From: Octopus bimaculoides
Lineage: Eukaryota
Reading direction: 5' to 3'
NCBI RefSeq assembly: GCF_001194135.2
Contig: NC_068986.1
Location: 77,046,034-77,110,033, forward strand
Length of the DNA: 64,000 nucleotides
Part shown: positions 24,276-36,800 of the stretch, one piece after another
Numbering within the stretch: position 1 is the stretch's first letter
Layout of the letters: every line of letters starts with the position of its first letter
The notes under the pieces: generated by a model
The model's input: the letters and a program-made list of their open reading frames with translations, nothing else
Told to the model about the DNA's origin: nothing
Databases searched by the model: none
Made by a program: the position numbers and the translations under genes

Positions 24276-27200
24276 GAATAGCTTTAACAATACCGAGTGA
24301 TCACGACTGGAATACTTTTAATTACAGGTCTGCTCAGTTAGGATTAACCTGGAGTTTAACGTTACCAGCAGCATCGTCAGCATCCCAAGTGTGTTCAACT
24401 ATATAGTCAGGAAGATAGATCCCTTCCCAACCTCTAAATTGTCAAAAATGTGAGAGAACAGCTTTATGTGTCCATTTCATTACCACCACCAACGTGATGT
24501 GATCCTTTATTTTTTTTTTCTCAGTCTCTCCGAGACTAACGGGGAGGGAATACTTGCAACAGAGTAAACTGTTAAAGGAAACCAAAGGACCGGGTGATTG
24601 TGTTAAACTGGTCAATGATTTTTGTCTACCACCCAAAAACTCAAAGTACCAAAACAAAAATACAAGTCGTTCAATGTGTTAATAATTCTGCCTATCCACC
24701 GCCCCTCGACTGCTATTTTATTTTATCTACCCCCAGAAAGGAATGAAAGGCAAAGCTGACCACAGCGAGATGTGAACTTAAAGAGTACAGAGAGCTGGAG
24801 CAAATACTACACATTTCCTCTTACGCTCTACTGATTCTGCTAATTCGCCTCTCCCAGTTAGATATGCATTACACAAATACACACAAACACGCCCAGATAG
24901 AGAAACTTAATTTGTACAATTAGCGTAGATTAGGGGGGGGGGGTATTTTTCGACAGGAACTTGGTTGAGATACGAACAAAAAAACAACAACAAAAAAAAA
25001 AATTAAAAAGAGTTTCTTGAAAACAACAAAACAGAGGACATGGTTATTTGATCCAAGACTAAGCATTTGATGAATACTATATTTAGATAAACGCGGATGA
25101 CTAACATCACTATCATATCCTCATACTTACGGTGCCTCATAGCTTACCTTATTAATCAGCGACACACACACATTATTGTATGTATATCATATACATTATA
25201 TATTACTAACACACACCTACATAGGTATACAATACACTTAATATTACAAACTCACGTACATACATTATACGCACACACATATTACAAGCACTCACAGAGT
25301 ATAAATGCAAGCTTTGAATGTTTGTTTATTCAGGTGTCATTTACCTAATTCTCATAAAATCCTTTTAACTGGTAGATTTCCAAGCGTGTCTGAAAGACTA
25401 CTTACCTGTTAGTGAAATATATCTTAGCTTGTTTCTCTCTCCAACATGGCACAGTCCTATCGCATTTGCGATATATTACACCAGCACAAACGACTTGATT
25501 CCAATATAATTTTTTAAAGATTACTGTATAGTTGTCAAAAATTTCTAATACCATAAATAGCTTTCAAGAAACTTACGCTGGTAGCAGTAGCACAAGCGTT
25601 TACAGAGTTTATATTTATAATGCACTACATAGCGCTTTGGGGAGATAATTTGAAATAAATACACACCTTTACATACATACATAACATTTATATATNNNNN
25701 NNNNNNNNNNNNNNNNNNNNNNNNNNNNNNNNNNNNNNNNNNNNNNNNNNNNNNNNNNNNNNNNNNNNNNNNNNNNNNNNNNNNNNNNNNNNNNNNNNNT
25801 ATATATATATATATATATATTTATTTATTACACACACACCATACAATTTTGCTTCGCCGTGAAAAGTAAAAAGCGGCTACAGTACAGATGTATCTATGGA
25901 AAGAAAAATTGGGGAAGAAAACGTTCAAAGAACGAAAATACATTTTTTTGTTCACAAAGATTTACAGCTCTTTTGGAGGTTCACACAGCGAAATAGTAAA
26001 TTGGGGATCCACAATATTTCAAGAGCCCATGAAAAAAAAACTTTTGCATTAGTTGTATGTATTGTAAGAAACAACTTGGTTTCTTTCCCTAGCATTTTAC
26101 ATAGTTCAACCTACACAGGATAATGTGAAAAACAAAATAGAAACTGTGAATCAAATTCATATTATAAAGAAGTTGGAGTAAACCAACTAGGACATTTGAA
26201 CTGGTGGGATTTGCATAACAGTCAAGCTTTAGCGATGTGGATAAATTAATAGTGCACTACATAGAATTTTTAGACAGACCAGTTGTATTCAGTACAAATA
26301 GCTATTAGCCACAAATGTGGACAGAAATCTCATTCTTTTTCCTGACGAAAATCTTACAAGATCAGAAACTAGTCGGATTGGTTCATTTTTCTAGAGATAA
26401 ACCATCCAAATTATATAAATGCTTTGAACAAGAGGTGAAATTGGGTCGTGGTAGTCAATTAGTAACATTAAAATTATTTCTTAACCTTTCGTTAGTCACA
26501 TGGAATGTGTTATCAATCCAATTTTTTTCAAAATACTCAATTTCTAGTGGGCAACTTATTCTTTTTTACCTTTTGTTCCCTTCCTCTACTCTTTGAGGAT
26601 GTGTTGCAAGTGGTGTGGTGCTGTCGTGGGAGGTAGATGTCAGTTTTGTCTAGTTATTCCACGTTCAAATTTTGATTTAATGCATATTGTAACGAGGATT
26701 GCCTGTTGTTATTTTCTAATATTAATAGATGTTAAAAAATTCCACAAAATGATGCATTGTGGGTATTTTCAAAATGAATGTGATCTGAATCCAAGATTTT
26801 TTAGTTTTTCTTTAATTTTATCATTTACTTTATTGTATTGTTTTATATTAACCAGCTACAAGGATTTCAAACTTCTCGGCAGTGATTGCAGATATATCCT
26901 GAACAAAGAATGAGGTTTTTTTACATAATACTAAAACTATATACATTTTTGTATTGGGGTGTGAAAACACCCAATGAGACTAACCATGTTCGGAAAAGTC
27001 AGGTGACAAACGAAGGGTTAAAATTCCAGCATTGGTACAGTTCACTCATTTGAAGGTAGGTGAACAGTCGATAAAATATCTAGTACTTGATTGGGTTTTA
27101 TTTTATTGACCCCCACGATGATGAAATATAAAATTGACTTAAGAAATGAACTAAATGCTTTGCTAGTTTTATTCCATTCACTGTTTAATAATAATTTCTA

Positions 27201-27449
27201 ACATTGACAGAGGACCAGAAATTTGAGGGTACATGAACAGTCAAATCTATCAACAGCAGTGGCTGACTGTTATTCCATTTTACCAACCCCAGAGGAATGA
27301 AAGACAAGACTGTAGAGTTGATTTCAACTCAGAACATACAGAGTTGCAAGAAATACGCCAAAATATTGTGTCCAATCCTTTAACGATTCTGTCGATCCAT
27401 CACTCATAATTTCTCTTAATAATCCTTTCTGTTACAAAAGACACTAAAC

Positions 27450-27677
27450 CAGAGGTTTTCAACTGGGGTCCATATAAGCCCCTGAAAATAATTTTGCTTT
27501 AGATGTATTGCGAAAAACAACTAGGTCTCTTTCTCAATTTAATGTGAAAAACAAAATAGGAATTTCGAAAGAAGTTTCTATAAAACTAGATTTTAAACAA
27601 CGAATGGCTATGGGAGTCCATTAAAAAAAAGTAGTAATCAAAGGGGTCCATAGTTAAAAAGTGGTAGAGAACCCCAG
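27450..27677. mobile_element. hAT MITE with perfect 8-bp TSD
   Basis: CACTAAAC|CAGAGGTTTTCAAC ... GTAGAGAACCCCAG|CACTAAAC. Confidence 0.85.
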
Positions 27678-28529
27678 CACTAAACCTCCCTACTCCTGAA
27701 ATTTGGGGAAGAGGGGGCGAATCAATAACATCGCCTCCAGTGAGCAACTGGTACTTATTTTATCAAACCTGAAAGATAAAGTTGACCTCGGCAGATGTTG
27801 AATTCTACTTTTCTTAATAATGGCAGCAATGATGAAGACTTTGAAGGAACCTCTACATGGTCGCTCGACACATTAGAAAAAAGCAATCAAATATCCTTCA
27901 TGTCACACCAAGATATTAAAAACGTGAAGGATTTTGGATAATGTAATCCTTGATATACTGTATCTGAATATAAGATACAATGATCATAGTTGTGACAAAA
28001 CAATTATGAACAAAACATATGGATAAAAGACAGGAGGTCATAACTGGAACACTTAACCTGTCTGTAGGAACAGTGGTAATTTGGAGCTAAACAGCTACTA
28101 TGACCCAAATGTGATAAAATTTCAGATGGTATTTGCTATTTTAACTGCCCTGGCAGTTGATTAAATTACTCCCAATATTTTATAGATCCCAGAAAGATAA
28201 AGGTCAAAGTTGACTTTGGTAGGATTTGAACTCAGAATGTAAGGATCTGGAACAAAATATTGCTCTAATGTTGTCAAACAGCTGAAAAAAAAAAAAAGGA
28301 GACAATAAGAATGATTCCTTTTTTAATGGCTACAAATGTTGTATGGGGGGAAATTGGCGCCAACAAATTAAATGATATATTCTGATTTCAGGCAAGATGA
28401 CTTCAGCACTTCTAAACTACAAATGCAAGCAAGCTTCTCGTAAACAATGTGGTATTACAAATTCCTGAAAACTATAGAACCTTTAAAAATTGTACTGGAG
28501 TTAACAAAGAGGTGACGACAAGAGGAGGT

Positions 28530-28800
28530 GTGCGAAGTTTGCAGGGCATGATGATAAGTGGTAGATATGGTTCACTGGCCATGTGCTTTGGTTATTGCAG
28601 GAGAGACATGTTACTATTATGATGCAGTGGATGACAGGAGGAAGAAAAAGACCGAGAGGAAGGCCAAAGAAGACATGGGACGGTAAGTTCCAGGATGACA
28701 TGATACCAATGGGAGTTGGTCTGAGTGGAGAGAGGAGGAAGGTGAGCAAAGGGGATGTCTGCAAAAGGTGTATTGCATGTTGTGCTGACAACACTGGAGG
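28530..28800 (+). mobile_element. RTE LINE 3' ORF remnant
   Basis: WFTGHVL..GRKRPRGRPKKTWDGKFQDDM is a typical RTE C-terminal motif. Confidence 0.6.
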
Positions 28801-28964
28801 AGCTAAGAGAACAAAAAGAATGAAGTAAAAAAGAAAAACCTGTTTTTACTTTTACTTTGTTCAAATTTATCACAACCTTCCAAACATGGAATAACAATAT
28901 ACAATGGTTAAGCAATAATTCAAATGAAAAACAATGTAAAAGAATTTAAAGGGATTCAGTTGTT

Positions 28965-28970
28965 TTTATT
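28965..28970 (-). promoter_or_regulatory. candidate CCT6 polyadenylation signal AATAAA
   Basis: AATAAA on the minus strand about 460 nt after the stop, followed by U-rich sequence; unverified without transcripts. Confidence 0.35.
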
Positions 28971-29430
28971 TTTTAAAGCCAGTTACAGATATGTTGTGAG
29001 AACTGTAAAATGTGATATTTTGAAACAAGGAAAAAACTGACAAAGACACTGCATGGAATAGTTGAATGCCACCTGCATTTTGCAGCTGTATGGCAGACAG
29101 GAACAAGTAGAAAAATCTTTCCTTTTAATTTACTCTGGATTTTAGATAGCAATGGCATGAATTTAACTAAGTATCCTATTAGAAGCAAAATAGTAACACT
29201 GAATGCGATACAAAGGTAGTGTTAACACTATGTATCAAGCAGAAGTTGGTGGTGACGGAGACCAGACAGCTGTGGCAACTAATGAAGCCACTAGTAGTAG
29301 TAGTAGTGGCCAGACTGAAGTCACAGTTGAATGTCATTCATGCAGAACAGCGAGAGACCAGATGGAGAGAATGTGTAGAAACAAGTTTTGAAACATGAAT
29401 GTTAAATACTACCACAAATAGATTTTTTCT

Positions 29431-29506
29431 TTAAGTACCCTTCAAAGAAGACATCCCTGCTCTCATGATTTCATCTACTAATAAAAGATTGCTGGCAATA
29501 ACAGTA
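29431..29506 (-). CDS. CCT6: CCT6 exon 15, terminal coding part (76 nt)
   Basis: (C)[27 protein letters not shown]; TTTTCAG| acceptor. Confidence 0.97.
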
Positions 29507-30799
29507 CTGAAAATGAAAAAATATATATAAACATTTAAAACAGTAATAAAATTTGGACACAAAAACAAACACACATCAAACAAAGTATAAATTTATCAAA
29601 ACATTTAATTCTGTGGTAAAATTATATCAATAAGCTTAAAATATACTAATCAGTTGAGCATCATTTTATTTTTTAGGTTTCTAATTGGAAAGTATTCAGT
29701 ATTACTATTTCCTAAAATATATATAAAATATGCACGCAAACTAGGTAGTCATATTTCTGACATTTTATATATTCACCAACAATAAATAACTTACCAAGAA
29801 TGCAGCAACTGCCTTTTCACTCTGTAATTGTCCAAAATACCATTCTCAATAGGCATAATAGCTTCACCTGCAACACAAAGACAACTAGCTTGAATATAGA
29901 AAAAAAAATTGCAAGTTGACATTTTTTTTTTTTAATATAGCACAGTAGGGAGACCAGTTTAGTTTAATGGGGAAGGAGAATAAAAGAGAGAGAGAGAGGG
30001 AGGGAGGGAAGGAGACAACATTTAAAATATGACATTAACAACACTATTAAGTAACATAAAATGGCAGCAGTAAGAGGGAAAAAAATATAAGCTTTACTTC
30101 TCCTGAAGTTAATTTTACTTGGGACTCAGACAAGTGTACATTTGATACTCTGAGTAAACTAAGTAGAGGGAGTAAGTTAAAATAAAATTTAGTTTAACAT
30201 CTGCAATAGTAATTAGAAGATATCCAGTCTAACTATTCTTAAACACATACTGTATTTAAATCAGTGATAAAGAGTGGTACAGCTTCAAGATCCTTAGGCT
30301 GAAAAAAATAAAGCATTTAGATATACTTAGTCCTCAATAATACTAACACTATTAATAAGGTTTTTAAACCTCTATTTTCCAGCCTCACCATAAACTAGAT
30401 GAAGAGTAAACAACATAACAACAGCATAATAACTGTACATAGTTGTCAATTTATTTTTCAAAATGCTTTTGTCAAAATAATGGGTGTCAATATACATCAT
30501 TGTTTTAACATTAATTTTTTCCATGCTTGCATGAGTCAGATGGAATACATTGGGGCAGATTATTATTAATGCTAGATGCCATTTCTTTCACCACCCTTCC
30601 ATTTCCAGACAAAGTTAATATTTCCTCATCACCAGAGACATTTTCAAAAACTGGAAACAGACTACTTCCAAGTACCATGATGTCAAGACAACAAGGAGTA
30701 CATACACACATGATGAGTTTCTTTCAGCCTCCATTTACCAAATCCACTCAAGAAGTTGGGAAGCAAACCTCTTAATTACACAGCCATTCCTGTGTCAAT

Positions 30800-30853
<54 letters not shown>

Positions 30854-33800
30854 TATATATAAATAAATATATATATAAGGTGGTGGAATGGTGGCTATAT
30901 ATAACTGACAGAAAATGGAAAACTATTGCTAAGAACTAAAGAGGTAAATCCTGGTATATAAGCCAAATGATTAAAGCAAATGAAAGAACAAACAAAGTTT
31001 AATTTGGGAAGATGATATGAGCAACAAAAGTAGTAGTAATAATAATAATAATATACATTCATAATGTTCATGATATATATAAAAAATAGTGGATATTCTT
31101 ATGATGTTCATGGATGAAGTTGAAAGAGAAGTTTTCAGGAACAGGAACTATTTCTGAGTCAGTCAGAATTACTGGAATTAGTAAAAATGTACCAACTGCA
31201 ATTCTAACTCTGGTTAAACATAGCAATTGACCAGACAAAATCATTTAAATTATAAGCAGGAGAAGGTTAAGTGCCTATACATCAATCAATAAATTTTGCT
31301 ACAGTTTATTTCATAATAGTGTTGCACGAAAATACCTTTTGCTTATACCTGTTAAATAAATAAACAAATAATATTTACAACTATTTCTGGAAAGCACAGA
31401 TATGGTTGTGTTGTTAAGAAGTTTGCTTCACAACCATGTGGTTTTGGGTTCAACCACATGGCAAGCCACTTTGGATAAATGTCTTGCCCAAGGCAACCAA
31501 TACTTTTGAGTGGATGTGGTAGAAAGGAACTGAAAGAAACCGGTTGTATACATATGTGGTGAGAGTGTGAGTTCAAGCCTTCATGTCTTGGCATCGCAGG
31601 CTAATTGTCAACAAACATTGTCATCATACTTGCAATTTCATTTATTTGAAATATTCCATGAAAACATGCCTGATCATTGTGCTGCTCCTGTTCTAAGGAC
31701 TTGGGGGGAAATGTTGCCTTGTGTGGAAACAGGTGAAGGAAAAGCATTGAACTGAAAAAAAATCTTCCTCAATGAATTTTCTTTGACCCCATACAAAAAA
31801 GAAAAATGGATGTTGAAATGATGATCAAATTTATAACTGTAAAAGTCTCACCTGATTTGATATCTAAGCCTACAGACTGAGATGGAGATGTGTATTCCTG
31901 GAGAAGTTTTACCATGGTTTCTTGTGCATCCAAACCAGAGTTTTGGGCTAATACCTTGACAATGATTAGAATGGCTTCAGCATATGCCTGTACACCTGTT
32001 AGAAATGAAAAATAAGGAGGGTAAGTAAATAAAGTATCATATTCAAATGATATCTAAAAAAAAAAAAAAGTGTAGAATACGATATCTACTTCATAAATGC
32101 AACATAAAAAAACCTGAACTATTGAAAAACAAAATAATTCAATGTCTATGAAATAAATTGAAATATAATTCTGGCAATAAAGAATTAAGAACTTAACCCT
32201 TTAGCATTCAGATTACTTAGTCAAATGTAATGCTTATCTGTTCACATTGTTAGTATTAACCATGTATTATATTGTAATAGTGATTATGATGAAGTAAATG
32301 TTAATTCTCAGAATGACATTGTTGAGTAGGCATAAGAGGCCAAATCTGGCTAGTTTAAACATAAAACAGGTAGAATATTTGGATTGGAAATGGCCAATTT
32401 GAATGCTAAAGTGTTAAAGATCAATCAGTTCTGTAACACCCTTTTCCAGTAACATACGATTCCAACTTACCAAGTCTGGCACGACCTTTTACTTCCTCTT
32501 TGTATTTCATTAATTCACGATATGCTGCAATTTCAAAAGCACCGGCTCCAGGTAGAACACAGCCTTGTAAAATGAAAATATTTAATATGTTAAAACTTAT
32601 CACATGTCAGTCCTGGTGCCATAACAAAATGCATGGAGACAACATAGGACACAGAGGGTTTTGGCCAAGTAATGATAACCTCTCTAACATTGGTACCACA
32701 ATAAAATACAACTGCTAATACACTGTAATGTGGTTGGCAAAAGGAAGGGCATCCAGCCACAGAAAACATGCAAAAAAATTAAATGTAGGAGATCTGGTTC
32801 TAAACATTCTAGGAGGGTAGTAACACCAAATAAGAACAGACCATAATGACCAATCCAATACACCAGAAAAGTGGACATAAAATGACAAAAATGAAATCTG
32901 TTTGGAACGCATTAATAGGAGCGGTAGAAGAGGTTGTAATGAATTACAATTATCTGGTGATTAGTAAAACATACCACATATTGCTTGTGTATGAGGAAAA
33001 CTCAAAGTAAGAAGATAATTGAAGAGTGGTCACTGAATGGTGGTAATGCAGCTAATCCTCATCATTATTGTTTAATGTTTGCCTTCCATGCTGGCATGGG
33101 TTGGACAGTTTGACCGGAGCCTGCACCAGACTTCTGTGTCTGTTTTGGCAGGGTTTTTATGGCTGGATGCCCTTCTTAACACCAACGACCCAGTGGAGTG
33201 GACGGAGTGCTTTTTATGTGGCACAAGCACAGGCAAGGTCATTTTTGGCAATGTTTTTACAGCTGGATGCCCTTCCCAATGCCAACCACTCTACAGTGTG
33301 AACTGGATGCTGTTTACAAGGCATCAGTTAATCAAACACACTTTTTAAGTGAAATACATAAATCAATAGAAACAGAGTAAAATTTAACCAAAGCTGCATA
33401 ATATTTATATAAATACAATAACAAATGTGAACATGTTTCTTTTTGCATATTTCTACATGCACTATCTGATTCAACTTTCAAACTTTATTAGGATCTTCAG
33501 AGACCACATTTAACTCATTCTGTCCCCCCCCCCCCAAAAAAAAAAGAAATATGTAACGAATGGCTTTATAAACCCACAAAATACGGTAGCATAAGCAAAC
33601 TAGAAATTCCAATATGCATATTAGTGCATTTATAGATGTGTAATTCCACCGAATATAAAATGAAAAAAACAGAGAAATAAAAATAGACTAAAAACATATG
33701 TGATTATTCTATTTACAATGGAAACATGTTAGGAACCCCACCACCACCAAACATTTACTTTAAAAAATTGAAAGTCTCATTCAATTAAAGTATCCTATTA

Positions 33801-36800
33801 ATTTGATGCATTCTTCAGATTAAGTAGTATTACTGTGGATAAAGTTCTAGACTAAACATTTGTTATGCACTTAGAGCTGCATTCTTAACATGAAAGGCGT
33901 ATACCATAAACTAGTTTTAAAAAGGTTAGACATTTTAGTTGAGTGTATTAATTGACTCAAACAATCCAAACAAAAATTTCTTTAATTCTTTTAGTGGAAA
34001 AAAAATAAAATTTTTTTTAATTCTGAGGTTTTTATCTACTTAAAAACTAAAATAATTTCTATCTAACTATGAAAGACGAATAAATGTTTAAATAATTCTT
34101 GAAACCAATATATACTGAATTTAAGTATTTCAAATTCTAAGACCTGATTAACCCTTTTATTACTATATTTGTGATGATATACACTGCTTTTGTTTCAATA
34201 ATTATGAAAATGATGGGGACTTCAGTAAAATAATTTTATTGTTATTAAGCTGGCGTTTGCAACATAACATGAAATTTTGACAGAGGGTTTTAATTTAGAT
34301 CACTTTATAACACAAGGTTTGTACTATAGGACCAAGGGCAGTCCCAGGTAGGTTGGTATCAAAAAGGGTTAAATCGTAGTAGGCATCCATAAAATCAACT
34401 CACCATCTTCAATAGCATTCTTCACTGCTCGAAGGCCATCTCTAACGGCATCCTTGATTTGAACAATTGTATGTTTGTTAGGTCCCTTAATAAGAATAGT
34501 GACGGACCGAGGGTTCTTGCACTCCTCAACAAAAGTAAATTTGTCTTCACCCTAATAATGAAAGTGTAGCATAAAATGATTAATAAAAATCTCACCCATT
34601 AATTGAAATCCGACAAAAATACTCTCACAAAATATTAGAAAAAGATATCTATCTATCTATCTATATATTTATATATCTATATATATATATATATTATATT
34701 ATATGTATACAGTATGAAAGATAAAAGTGAAATTAAACAGTTTTCATTCACTCAAGACTTACCACTGCTATTGTATGAGAGTAGGCTGAAAATTTCATAG
34801 GCTGACTATGAAGGAGTGATGCTAGAGCTGTGAAATCTTGCATGCATTAATTTCAACCCTTCTTAATAACTTTGTTTCCTTGAACGATTCCTAAGCCAAG
34901 ATGAATGCTGGCTTCATCACTTTGAGCCAGTGCTAGAGAGACAATCCATGCAGTGGAAACACTCCTCCTCACCTGCTCCAAAGAAAGACTAAGGTTGTTT
35001 CATCTGCAGTGAGGGTGATGGCCTCAGATTTTTGGATGTAAAAGCATTGTTTATTGACTATCTTCAAAACAGACATACCATCAATGGAGAGTACTGTGCC
35101 AACTTGCTGAGATAGTTACTAAAAGCCATCGTGACCAAACACCCTTGTAAACTGATGAAAGGGTCTTGTTTCATCAGGACAATGCTCCAGCACACAGTCC
35201 TTGATTTCATAAAACGTGTCCTATCATCACTTTTAAATGGTTGACATGAAAAATATTTGCATGCTATGAAAGAATGAAAATTCATGTAAATACTTCAAAC
35301 TAGTACCTTAATTTCAATATATTTAGCCATTGTTGAAGTATTGATCAAAATTTATATAATATATTCTTCTTAAGGCATTATCAGAATGAATAAAGACAAT
35401 ACTATAATTTAAACATCCCCATTAAAATATCTTATTACAAATGTTATTGACAAATTCACTAGGATTTGAAGATTTCAGTGCATCAAGACAGTCCGCTTTC
35501 AGTTCTCAGACAAATCTATTTCACTACACTTAAAATGTTAACTGTGTTCAATATAGTGAAGTGTCAAACTACTGACAACACATTAACTCTAGTATGACTC
35601 TAGACGAGGTCAGACACTGATGCTGATAACAGGTTCTGTTTCATCTCAGTTAATTTCAATAAGGCTGTCAGTTAATTTCAATAACAGTCCATAAGTAAAA
35701 ATTACTAGACACAGCAGGCTTGTGTCCTGAGCTGTTGTAATCTAGTTGTAAATATCAATTGCATAATCTCATGCTGTCAGCTATGAATATACAATATTTT
35801 ACCATTCTTTGGGCATAATATATGTGGTACCTTCTCAAACACTTGTGCAAACTGACCCAGGCATATTTCAAAAATGAGTTATATATATATATATATTTAG
35901 TTTATATACAGAGTATGTCAAAAGTGTCAAGAGTTATCACATACCAGCACATGTTCATAAACTATACCAGCAAAACCAAGACAATCAACTGTAAGGTCAT
36001 CTAAACTATTCATAGCAGAGCCACCACAGGCCAGAACTAGCCTGAAAGAAAGAAAATTCCAGTAAATCATTGTTATTTTCAAAATTCATAAACGGTTTTA
36101 ATTAAATAATTATTGTTCTTGTTTCATCAAATCTTAGGGGTAAGCTTTAAAGAATTTCATAAAAATAAATAAAAATGAACTCGATGTTTTATACAAAATG
36201 TTACCTTTCCATATTCCTGCGCTTAGTTCGTCTTACAGCAACAATGCCTTCTTTGGCTAAAAGGTCCAAAGAAAATGGGTCAATGCCCTAAAAAATAAAT
36301 GTTTACAAGAGTAAATTAATGTCTGTGCAAATAAAAATATAACTCTTAAATTTAATTGTGTAACAGCTTTTAACATGAACAATGTAATGAAAACAGAGTA
36401 TATCATCTTGATGATGTAATATCTGAATACTAATTAAAAAGAATGCTTTTCTTTTAATTTTCATACATATATAAAAATGATGATGATGTCCTAACTCATG
36501 CAACTATGAAAGAACAAATAAAGAAATGAAGATATTAGATTAATATGAATATATGTATCACTGGAGTAATAATTACCCTGCTCACTAAGCATAAGCAGGG
36601 TATTGTAATCACTTGTCTTTGTGTTTGCAAAATTACTGGAAAATGGCTGAACAGATTTTCATCAATCAGAAGTGGTCTTTGGTAGGTTGGTATTACCATC
36701 ATCATTTCGGCATCAGTTGGATAATTTGACTGGAGCTGATAAGGCCAGGGTCCACACCAGGCTCTGTCTGCTCTGGCATGGTTTTTATGGCTGGATGCCC

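Noticed and set aside
24525-24682. Strong plus-strand acceptor followed by a 51-codon open frame
   Set aside because: No recognisable protein and no partner exon; the T-tract may be simple sequence.
25400-25620. Minus-strand TATAAATA plus two GTAAGT donors suggesting a non-coding or 5'UTR transcript
   Set aside because: The intervening acceptor is poor and no coding exons follow; expected by chance in AT-rich DNA.
35825-35865. [11 protein letters not shown]-like peptide and GT site resembling a duplicate of exon 10
   Set aside because: Weak acceptor and only chance-level similarity; the true exon 10 is complete.
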